The position numbers were made by a program, and so were the translations under genes. Below, one piece after another: positions 24,143 through 33,832 of a stretch of 39,228 nt of DNA. The notes under the pieces are model-generated. The model ran no database searches and was not told the DNA's origin. It was given only the letters and a program-made list of their open reading frames with translations. How positions within the stretch are numbered: position 1 is the stretch's first letter; each line of letters opens with the position of its first letter. Source of the stretch: Octopus bimaculoides (Eukaryota); NCBI RefSeq assembly GCF_001194135.2, contig NC_068998.1, positions 11,627,780 to 11,667,007 of the forward strand. The letters run 5' to 3'.

Positions 24143-24360
24143 GGCAGCGAGCTGGCAGAAACGTTAGCACGCCGGGCGAAACGCTTAGCGGTATTTCGTC
24201 TGCCACTGCGTTCTGACTTAAAAATTCCGCCGAGGTCGACTTTGCCTTTCATCCTTTCGCAGTCTATAAATTAAGTACCAGTTGCGTACTGGGGTCATCT
24301 AATCGACTATCCCCCTCCCCACCAAAATTTCTGGCCTTGTGCCTGGAGTAGAAAAGATTA
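24143..24360 (+). mobile_element. tRNA-derived SINE, family B, full length
   Basis: GGCAGCGAGCTGGCAGAAACGTTAGC...GCCGAGGTCGACTTTGCCTTTCATCCTTTCG...GGCCTTGTGCC. Related copies at 4303-4490(-), 5830-6032(-), 6107-6243(-), 17730-17835(-), 18175-18290(-), 19485-19590(-) and 38303-38465(-). Confidence 0.8.
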
Positions 24361-24622
24361 TTTTGGTAAAATGATGAATGACTACAACAGGTGTGCACTC
24401 GTTTCACTTTCAAAGATTTTCAAGCAGTAAAATAAAGGTGGTCTAATCTTATCTTATCTAATATATAGTTCAGTTTTGTGTCAGTAATTCAAGCAAAATG
24501 AAATAGAAGACGTTTAAATAGAAATTGCTGATGGGATGATATAAGCTATTGTTAAATGAAGAAATAATCTCGGATTGAATGGAATTTGCTAAACTAAGAA
24601 CTGTGTAGAAGACCCCTGTATG

Positions 24623-24906
24623 TACAGGGGTTAGACAAAATAATGGAAACACCTTAAAATTTCAAACAAATTTATTTTAATATGGGGTAGAACCGCCTTT
24701 GGCAGTAATTACAGCTTGTATTCTACGAGTTATAGACTCGTACAAAGGAATTTCTGTCCATTCTTCAGCTAAAACAGTCTCCAGTTCTTGTAGTGATGAT
24801 GGTGCAGGATATCGACTCCTTGTTTTTCTAAAATGCACCATAAATGTTCAATAATATTGAAATCTGGGGACTGTGGTGGCCAGATAAGATGTTCAACTTC
24901 ACTAGA
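24623..24906 (-). mobile_element. Tc1-family DNA transposon, 3' end fragment
   Basis: TA plus TIR CAGGGGTTAGACAAAATAATGGAAACACC at 24623. The minus strand encodes WPPQSPDFNIIEHLW, the Tc1 SPDLNPIE motif, followed by a frameshifted ...RIQAVITAKGGSTPY* C-terminus. Confidence 0.88.
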
Positions 24907-24907
24907 A

Positions 24908-25114
24908 TAAGGAATAAGGAGATGAAGAAAGAGAAGAAAAAAGAAGCATAAAAGTTCACAATTCAACTTTCCGATCTTGTAGAAATAAGTCCATAAGTCC
25001 TTACGCAGGATTGCACCTAAGGACTTATGGACTTATTTCTACAAGATCAGAAAGTTGAGCTGTGAACTTTTATGCTTCTTTTTTCTTCTCTTTCTTTATT
25101 TCCTTATTCCTTTA
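24908..25114. repeat. Fold-back inverted repeat, arms ~96 bp, 14-nt loop
   Basis: 24908-25003 is the reverse complement of 25018-25114 with a handful of mismatches; the loop is CGCAGGATTGCACC. Confidence 0.9.
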
Positions 25115-25606
25115 NNNNNNNNNNNNNNNNNNNNNNNNNNNNNNNNNNNNNNNNNNNNNNNNNNNNNNNNNNNNNNNNNNNNNNNNNNNNNNNNNNNNNN
25201 NNNNNNNNNNNNNNNNNNNNNNNNNNNNNNNNNNNNNNNNNNNNNNNNNNNNNNNNNNNNNNNNNNNNNNNNNNNNNNNNNNNNNNNNNNNNNNNNNNNN
25301 NNNNNNNNNNNNNNNNNNNNNNNNNNNNNNNNNNNNNNNNNNNNNNNNNNNNNNNNNNNNNNNNNNNNNNNNNNNNNNNNNNNNNNNNNNNNNNNNNNNN
25401 NNNNNNNNNNNNNNNNNNNNNNNNNNNNNNNNNNNNNNNNNNNNNNNNNNNNNNNNNNNNNNNNNNNNNNNNNNNNNNNNNNNNNNNNNNNNNNNNNNNN
25501 NNNNNNNNNNNNNNNNNNNNNNNNNNNNNNNNNNNNNNNNNNNNNNNNNNNNNNNNNNNNNNNNNNNNNNNNNNNNNNNNNNNNNNNNNNNNNNNNNNNA
25601 TATACA

Positions 25607-25771
25607 CACGACAAGTTTCTTTTCAACTTCTGTCGACCAAATCCAATCACAAGGGTTTGGTCGGACCGAGGTTATAGTAGAAAACATTTCCTTAAGGTGC
25701 CACGTAGTGGGACTGAACCAGGAATAATGTGGTTGGGAAGCAAACTTCTTACCACACAGCCACGCCTGCAC
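25607..25771 (-). mobile_element. SINE family A copy
   Basis: Reverse-complement homology to 28247-28410. Confidence 0.8.
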
Positions 25772-26067
25772 TTATTCAAACAGCAACGCCTACATGTTTT
25801 TCAAGGAAAAGGGCACCAAGGACAAAATTATTAATGACAATTCAATATGTTGTTTGTCTCCGCCCCAAATGCTTGTTTATAACACCGGGATTTTACGAGT
25901 TAAACATCTGCTGGTTCTATTGATTTGAGCGATCAGAATTTTGCTGACGTCAAACTTTGACAGCATCCTGTTTCTGTTATTATTTTTAACATGAAAATAC
26001 AGTGGTTCGGATTCGCTTCTTAGGCCCTTAGTTGGTGTTTGGCCCGTTAATTGGTGTTCTTGCTGCA

Positions 26068-26103
26068 TATCTATCTACTTATCTATTTATGTATCTATGT
26101 ATG

Positions 26104-26140
<37 letters not shown>

Positions 26141-26260
26141 GTCTGTCTATCTGTCTGTCTGTCTGTCTGTCTGTCTGTTCGTCCGTCCGTCCGTCCGTCC
26201 GTCCGTCCGTCCATCCGTCCGTCCGTCCATCCGTCCGTCCGTCTATCTATGTATCTATCC

Positions 26261-26310
<50 letters not shown>
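26068..26310. repeat. Compound (CTAT)n/(CTGT)n/(CCGT)n tetranucleotide microsatellite
   Basis: Direct inspection. Confidence 0.95.
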
Positions 26311-26490
26311 TACACGCGCGCGCGCACATACCCACACATATACTTTCTTCTCTTATACTCTCCTGTCTTAGAAATAACTTTTTCTTCATCCATTCCCTTC
26401 CGGTCATTTCAAAATGTAACTCCATGTGGATTGTTGGCGATTTTTCCCCCCTCCATCTTCCTTTTTCTCTTGGACTTTCCTCTGTCTCCT

Positions 26491-26525
26491 GTTTCTGAAG
26501 AAGAGCTTTGCTCGAAACGTAAAAC
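26491..26525 (+). ncRNA. Minimal type I hammerhead ribozyme motif
   Basis: GTTT-CTGAAGA-A-GAGC(TTT)GCTC-GAAA-C-GTA-AAAC. Stem I is GUUU/AAAC (4 bp), the core is CUGAAGA plus an extra A, stem II is 4 bp, then GAAA, a palindromic ACGU stem III and a predicted GUA cleavage after 26521. Confidence 0.75.
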
Positions 26526-27152
26526 CACCTTTTCTAACTTCCCTGAATGTCTGTTAATACTTTGATTGTACCACGTCCTTGCGCTGTTNNNNNNNNNNNN
26601 NNNNNNNNNNNNNNNNNNNNNNNNNNNNNNNNNNNNNNNNNNNNNNNNNNNNNNNNNNNNNNNNNNNNNNNNNNNNNNNNNNNNNNNNNNNNNNNNNNNN
26701 NNNNNNNNNNNNNNNNNNNNNNNNNNNNNNNNNNNNNNNNNNNNNNNNNNNNNNNNNNNNNNNNNNNNNNNNNNNNNNNNNNNNNNNNNNNNNNNNNNNN
26801 NNNNNNNNNNNNNNNNNNNNNNNNNNNNNNNNNNNNNNNNNNNNNNNNNNNNNNNNNNNNNNNNNNNNNNNNNNNNNNNNNNNNNNNNNNNNNNNNNNNN
26901 NNNNNNNNNNNNNNNNNNNNNNNNNNNNNNNNNNNNNNNNNNNNNNNNNNNNNNNNNNNNNNNNNNNNNNNNNNNNNNNNNNNNNNNNNNNNNNNNNNNN
27001 NNNNNNNNNNNNNNNNNNNNNNNNNNNNNNNNNNNNNNNNNNNNNNNAATAAAAAAACGAAGAAAGAAGCAGAACAAGAAGCAAAAAACAACAGCGCAAG
27101 GACGTGGTACAATCAAAGTATTAACAGACATTCAGGGAAGTTAGAAAAGGTG

Positions 27153-27187
27153 GTTTTACGTTTCGAGCAAAGCTCTTCTTCAGAAAC
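27153..27187 (-). ncRNA. Minimal type I hammerhead ribozyme motif (second, inverted copy)
   Basis: Exact reverse complement of 26491-26525. Confidence 0.75.
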
Positions 27188-27516
27188 AGGAGACAGAGGA
27201 AAGTCCAAGAGAAAAAGGAAGATGGAGGAAAAAATCGCCAACAATCCACATGTAGTTACATTTTGAGATGACCGGAAGGGAATGGATGAAGAAAAAGTTC
27301 AGTAAATTTCTATATTTTTGTGCAGCTGAGGATTGCTCTGCATCTTACATTTGATGTAATGTTTACATTGCTTAAATAGATGGAGTCGCATGAAACGATC
27401 GTACTGCATTAACTTTGGATATCCTTTTGTTGTAATTAGCAGAACCATATACACGTTCGCCTCTAGGGGTGAACAACTTGTATAAGATTCTGAGAATTAT
27501 AACTGTCTAGCAGTTC

Positions 27517-27577
27517 GCGCTGAAGAGGGGCAGATTTTCTCTCGGTAAGAGATTTTTAACTCCGAAACCTGGTCCGC
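27517..27577 (+). ncRNA. Candidate type I hammerhead ribozyme with extended stem II
   Basis: GCG-CTGAAGA-GGGG...CTCC-GAAA-C-CTG-GTC-CGC. Stem I is 3 GC pairs, stem II is 4 bp (one G-U) capped by a TCTCT/AGAGA hairpin, stem III is quasi-palindromic ACCTGGT, and the triplet is GUC. Confidence 0.45.
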
Positions 27578-27666
27578 TTACCAACCACATGGTCCTGGGT
27601 TCAGTTCCACTGCGTGGCATCTTGGGCAAGTGTCTTCTACTATAGCCTCGGGCCGACCAAAGCCTT
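27575..27666 (+). mobile_element. SINE family A partial copy (runs into a gap)
   Basis: GCTTACCAACCACATGG...GGGCCGACCAAAGCCTT. Confidence 0.75.
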
Positions 27667-27696
27667 NNNNNNNNNNCAAGTAAAAGAGTAAAAGAG

Positions 27697-27740
<44 letters not shown>

Positions 27741-28173
27741 GAGAGAGAGAGGGGGGAAGGGGGAGAGAGAGGCAATTATGCGGACAAACAAATTACATAC
27801 ATTAAATATATCAAATATAATACTTTGGGAACGGAATACAAAAAATATATATATGTATGCATGGAAAACGAGAGAGGAAGGTGGAGACTTTCAGATGTTG
27901 AATTTTTAAGTATATATATATATAGATATTTATATTAATAGGTCCAGCTTACATGCAGTACAAACGACAGGTAGTACTCAAGGAGTTGAAGATTGGTGAT
28001 ATATGTATAGATATATATGTATGTCCAACAGCTGTCCCTGGGGGCTCAGAGATCCCTAATAATGTTAGTAGATGTAGCTCATCACAATATGCAGCCGCAT
28101 GGATGTCTAAGTTGGAACCTTTTGAGCACTACTAGGTGTTGTCTATACGCAGAATGTCTGGATCTCATCCATG

Positions 28174-28210
<37 letters not shown>

Positions 28211-28246
28211 CATATACATATATATATATATAAATATATATATATA

Positions 28247-28407
28247 GGCGCAGGAGTGGCTGTGTGGTAAGTAGCTGGCTTACCAACCACATGGTTCCGG
28301 GTTCAGTCCCATTGCGTGGCACCTTGGGCAAGTGTCTTCTACTATAACCTCGGGCTGACTAAAGCCTTGTGAGTGGATTTGGTAGACGGAAACTGAAAGA
28401 AGCCTGT

Positions 28408-28410
<3 letters not shown>
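28247..28410 (+). mobile_element. tRNA-derived SINE, family A (octopod OK/OR-type; exact family not assigned), full length with (TA)n tail
   Basis: Pol III A-box TGGCTGTGTGG and B-box GGTTCAGTCCC, followed by a body shared with the copies at 10517, 25607, 27575 and 13305. Confidence 0.8.
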
Positions 28411-28444
<34 letters not shown>

Positions 28445-28511
28445 AGAAATATATGTATGTATATATGTATATATATATTTGTATATATATATATGTGTAT
28501 ATATATTTATG

Positions 28512-28560
<49 letters not shown>

Positions 28561-28600
28561 GTGTAAATATATATATATATGTGTGTGTATACACACAGAT

Positions 28601-28649
<49 letters not shown>

Positions 28650-29250
28650 GTGAGAGGGAGAGAGGGAGAGCTTGGAAGCCTCTTGTGAAATAATTAGACC
28701 CGTAGGTATCACAAGGATTAAAATCGTATATACTTTTTAATTATTGTTTTAGGCGCCAACGGATTGTGAGGCTCCCTAAGTAGTTTGATTAGCCCGTGCG
28801 TAAACCCGTTACTGACTTTGCTAAACTGCTTTATGCTTTGTCTACTTGTTTCAAATAGGAGATACGTTTCCTATTACATTCTTCATTAAATTCATTTATA
28901 ATCAATTAAAATTGCAATGTCATCCCTACTTTTATTTGTTTTTAACAGAATTAGTCAACAGGAAAACGATTGTTCTAAACACCGGGGTGATTAGATCAAT
29001 CATTTTTTATTAGTTTAATACTACTTCTTATCTCTATAATCTGTAATGTTTTAAACGATAGACGCGTTGCCCTAAATCTCCGGTAAGCTGACGAAATGAC
29101 TAAGTCATGGCAGTATGGTAAAGAAGTTAGCTTCGCAACCTCACGTTTTCCGGATTCGATCCATTCTGCATGCAGTAACTTCGACTAATGTTCTGATATT
29201 CAAGTGTCCGAGCAGTGAAACTGGGTCGACGGAAAGTGTCTAAGCTTGTC

Positions 29251-29281
<31 letters not shown>

Positions 29282-29286
29282 TCGTC

Positions 29287-29670
29287 GTGGCACTCCGTCG
29301 GTTACGACGACGAGGGTTCCAGTTGATCCGATCAACGGAACAGCCTGCTCGTGAAATTAACGTACAAGTGGCTGAGCACTCCACAGACACGTGTACCCTT
29401 AATGTAGTTCTCGGGGATATTCAGCATGACACAGTGTGACAAGGCTGGCCCTTTGAAATACAGGTACAACAGAAACAGGGAGAAAGAGTGAGAGAAGGTT
29501 GTGGTGAAAGAGTACAGCAGGGTTCGCCACTACCCCCTGCTGGAACCTCGTGGAACTTTAGGCGCTTTCGCTCAATAAACACTCACAACGCCCGGTCTGG
29601 GAATCGAAACCGCGACCCTACGACCGCAAGTCCGCTGCCCAAACCACTGGGCCATTCATTGCGCCTCCAC
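29287..29670 (-). mobile_element. tRNA-headed SINE, family C (long form)
   Basis: Head GGAGGCGCAATG...GGTTTCGATTCCCAGACC. The body is shared with 11513-11826 and, in part, with 19712-19990. Confidence 0.8.
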
Positions 29671-30367
29671 ATATACGAGTACNNNNNNNNNNNNNNNNNN
29701 NNNNNNNNNNNNNNNNNNNNNNNNNNNNNNNNNNNNNNNNNNNNNNNNNNNNNNNNNNNNNNNNNNNNNNNNNNNNNNNNNNNNNNNNNNNNNNNNNNNN
29801 NNNNNNNNNNNNNNNNNNNNNNNNNNNNNNNNNNNNNNNNNNNNNNNNNNNNNNNNNNNNNNNNNNNNNNNNNNNNNNNNNNNNNNNNNNNNNNNNNNNN
29901 NNNNNNNNNNNNNNNNNNNNNNNNNNNNNNNNNNNNNNNNNNNNNNNNNNNNNNNNNNNNNNNNNNNNNNNNNNNNNNNNNNNNNNNNNNNNNNNNNNNN
30001 NNNNNNNNNNNNNNNNNNNNNNNNNNNNNNNNNNNNNNNNNNNNNNNNNNNNNNNNNNNNNNNNNNNNNNNNNNNNNNNNNNNNNNNNNNNNNNNNNNNN
30101 NNNNNNNNNNNNNNNNNNNNNNNNNNNNNNNNNNNNNNNNNNNNNNNNNNNNNNNNNNNNNNNNNNNNNNNNNNNNNNNNNNNNNNNNNNNNNNNNNNNN
30201 NNNNNNNNNNNNNNNNNNNNNNNNNNNNNNNNNNNNNNNNNNNNNNNNNNNNNNNNNNNNNNNNNNNNNNNNNNNNNNNNNNNNNNNNNNNNNNNNNNNN
30301 NNNNNNNNNNNNNNNNNNNNNNNNNNNNNNNNNNNNNNNNNNNNNNNNNNNNNNNNNNNNNNNNNNN

Positions 30368-30409
<42 letters not shown>

Positions 30410-31289
30410 GTGTGCGTGCATATTTCGTTTTGTCGATGTATATCGACAAAAGATATAAACTTCGGTGAAAACTCAGAAAAAAGAGAAAACTAGAGTTTTA
30501 CGTGCTTTACAGAATCCCTCGAGATATTTGTTTCTCATCGAGTTACAGACACTCCTTTATGACCCATTTTATGGCTAGAAATGCTCTGAACCTGGAGTAG
30601 CCAGTTAGAAGCCTATATATACAATGAAGATGTTGTTCACAAACTGCAATATGTAGTTTATGCAGACTGACAGACCGACAGATAGACAGACAGAGACACA
30701 CTCACATGCACACACAGCATTCCTGCAATGAACATTACATCATTCATTGGTATGTAGATAATCTGAGGGTCGTTTAGCTGCTAATTCTAACAGGTCGAGC
30801 CACCGTCGAGAGGTCTGTCTTGTTGACTTGTGAAACATGATTTGTTAGTTATTCGTAATAACGACCGGATAGATTTTTTTTTTTAAATCATTTATTTGGT
30901 TTCCAAGAATGAACTGAAAGAGAGAAAGAAAACAAAGAAGGAAGGAAGGAAGGAAGAGAAAAGGAGGAAAAGCTTGTTTATTTCTATAATGCCATTGAAG
31001 ATATTTTCGCCTGCATAGACTTAAACTTCGTATCTACTTAAAAATGATGACCTATAGCTGTCGACCGGCTAAACGTAGCCTATGGCTACATGACCATGGT
31101 TTACTGAAATGAATAGGGACAGTCTGTTTACTTAGCTCTTTGGTACAGCCGGTATGTGCTGATTCGATCTTTACAGCAATAAAAATAGCTTTAGCTTTGT
31201 TATTGACAGTCAAACTTTTTGTCTTTAGTGTTGCTATGTTTTTTTTTTTGTTATTGCACAGTGAGATGAAATTGCTCTGCGCGCATTTT

Positions 31290-31608
31290 TGTTCATTGAT
31301 CGAGCGTTGCTAACTTTTGTGGAGTCATGTCGAACGCTAGTTGTCGCGTGGACGACAGATCTTACATGCAACCGAGTCCATCGTGAATCCCTCGCAGCTA
31401 TTTATCCGTCAGGACGAGTGGGAGGGGGTACTCCCCAAACCACCACCACCACCACCACCACCACCACGTGAAGGAACGGGCCGAAGTATGGCGAATAGTC
31501 TCTGAAGGGGGAGGGCAAAAGAGGAGGAGGGTACAGTCACATCCAAGGTTACAACAAAAACAACAAACACAAAAGCCACAATTGGCAAACACTCTCACAA
31601 ACAACAGT

Positions 31609-31639
<31 letters not shown>

Positions 31640-32023
31640 ACAACAAAAACAACAACAACATCAGTAGCAAAACAACAAGAAAACACAAACACAACAATCA
31701 AAACTGAAACAGCAAATACAATGGAACTGTTTACAAAAAGTCTCCATCAACTTCGCTGTTTTAAGTAAAAACAAAAACGAGTTGATGGTATATTTAAATA
31801 AAAATAAAGAGAAAATCGAGAAAAGGAGAAGAATTTGAGGATATCATTCTCAAAATGTTAAAACTGCTAAAACAATTCGGGGAAAATTCCCGGCTAGAGT
31901 GAGGATTTTAAAAAAGATTTTTAGAAGGGCCTTTTACAAAAATTTTGTCCGAAGGGAGGTCCAGAACATCCAGACTTCTCGAAGATTTAGTGAGTGTTCT
32001 CCCCTTTGCTTTCTCCGACAAAC
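31290..32023 (+). mobile_element. Possible degraded ORF1/5' region of the Tx1 element
   Basis: A Q/T/K-rich low-complexity stretch directly upstream of the ORF2 start; assigned by position only. Confidence 0.3.
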
Positions 32024-33130
32024 ATGACTGTGCTGAAATTAAATATGTGAATATGGATAGATTTGGGTCAATTTAGAGGCAAGGTCACTTCACTTACTCA
32101 ACGCTTTGAGATCGCTCGACATAGATGTGACAGCTATCAGGGAGATGAAGGTTTCTAGAATGCACACACTAGCGCCCGTTTTCGACGACTGTTAGATATT
32201 CTCATTTCGTGGTCAGTCAGAAATTAGTGCTATTCCGAAAATCCTTATATCTCAAAGTACGGGCAAAGTTCTTGGACCCGGACAGTAAGCTGGTGGTCCT
32301 GGACGTGAACCGCAGCGAAGGTGGCATCTTTAGACTGGTGACAGTTTATACCATGACAGGAGCTGGAGGATCAGATTTCTTCAGACCTCTAGAAACATTC
32401 CTGGAAATGCCTCGCTCTTTAGTACTAGTGAGGGAGTGAAATTGTATTTTGAACGAACAGAATGACTGTGTGAAGATAGTACATAGCAGAAGGTGGCGCA
32501 AAAGTGTGGCACACCTGCTCAGAAACTTCTAGTTGCCTGACGGGTACCGACTGGATTTCTCTGATGTGCCAGCTTGGACATGGAACAACCACAGTGGGTC
32601 ATTCAGATCATATCTAGAAAGAGTATTTGTTGGGTCAGTGGATAAGAATAACGTAGGATGTCTACAGATCAAACTCCAAAGAATTAGCAACAGGAAGAAA
32701 CAAATTAGAGAGAGAACTAGTTCGCAAACTAAAGGCTTCGTGACCCACGTGTTAGCAATGGAAATGGTGCTTGGCCATTTCTTCGAGGCGGAACAAAAAA
32801 GCTGCATTGTCAAAACTAAAACTGTGGAGCTGTTCGATCTCGTCAAGGCAGCTCGCTCTCACTTCTCCTGTGCGTGCTGCCTTAAGGCCACTGCTGCGGA
32901 AGTTGGAAATGGGACCTGGGAAGGCAGTGTTGGTGTACGCAGACGACGTTACTGCTATGGTGTTGGATACCTCCGAGGTGGCGGTGGTCGTCACTATTCT
33001 AAAGAAATACAAGTCGATGACAGGACCCAAAATCAACGCCAAGTAGGTAGGCTTGCAGTTGTGTACCTGGAGAGACAGGTCCATGCCATCAGACAGCATT
33101 GTAAATCGTGTATACACACTGAAACCTGGG
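32024..33130 (+). mobile_element. Decayed Tx1/L1-clade LINE ORF2 (AP endonuclease fused by internal deletion to the RT YADD region)
   Basis: Frameshifted pieces: HLLNALRSLDIDVTAIRE, KLVVLDV...FRLVTVY...SDFFRPLETFL, YRLDFSDVPAWTWNN...RSYLERVFV (APE). Then LRPLLRKLE...VYADDVT...TGPKIN (RT). Confidence 0.85.
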
Positions 33131-33290
33131 TATACATTTTGCCTTTTTTATTTCCATTCTACATAAATCCCCACACTTTGTTTGTCTTTGTATTGCCCAC
33201 CCCACCCCCTCGCCATCCGTCGTCCTAGTAGCAAATAAAGGAAATAATAATAATAATAAAGGAAATAATAATAATAATAATAATAAAGGA

Positions 33291-33338
<48 letters not shown>

Positions 33339-33777
33339 CACACAGATAGAGAAATTAAGGCAAATAGACCAGATATAGTTGTCAAAGATCATGAAGGAAA
33401 AAAATGCCTTCTAATTGATGTTTCAATACCAGCAGATGACAACGTTTCTCTAAAAGAAATGGAAAAACTTTCAAAATACAAAGACCTGGAAATAGCGATA
33501 ACTCGAATGTGGAATCTAAAAACAGAAACAATTCCTATCATAGTAGGTGCCTTAGGTATAATAAAAAAATATTCAGACAAATACATAACAAAAACACCAG
33601 GACTTACAAATATATATAACATACAGAAAATTGCACTACTGGGTACTGCACACATTCTACGCAAAACACTTTCAATACAGTAAACATAAGAGCACCACAG
33701 CAAACCACAGCACATACCCAAGGCGCACAGATCTGCGCTCGGTAGTGAAGTGAAAGTACGTTATAAAAATAAAACTA

Positions 33778-33831
<54 letters not shown>
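33339..33831 (+). mobile_element. 5'-truncated R4/Dong-type non-LTR retrotransposon (restriction-like endonuclease end, 3' UTR and (AAT)n tail)
   Basis: An uninterrupted frame 33339-33683 reads HTDREIKANRPDIVVKDHEGKKCLLIDVSIPADDNVSLKEMEKLSKYKDLE...IPIIVGALG...ALLGTAHILRKTL*, with the PD..D..K RLE motif. (TAA)n lies on both sides, the known Dong target. Confidence 0.85.

Positions 33832-33832
<1 letters not shown>

Larger units (their letters stand above)
26376..27299. mobile_element. Inverted pair of ~210-bp repeats carrying hammerhead motifs; probable Penelope-like (PLE) terminal repeats or retrozyme-like element, centre hidden in a gap
   Basis: 26376-26588 matches the reverse complement of ~27089-27299 with only a few differences (CATTT/CATCT, ACTCC/ACTAC, a short C/T run). 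Each arm has a hammerhead core. N-gap 26589-27047 lies between them. Confidence 0.65.

Noticed and set aside
28247-28320. tRNA-like heads with A and B boxes
   Set aside because: No cloverleaf or acceptor stem; they continue into SINE bodies, so they are not tRNA genes.
29088-29108. CUGACGA-A-AUGAC(UAA)GUCAU hammerhead-like half; similar partial hits at 2282, 5617 and 35827
   Set aside because: They lack GAAA, stem II or stem I, so no complete core can be built.
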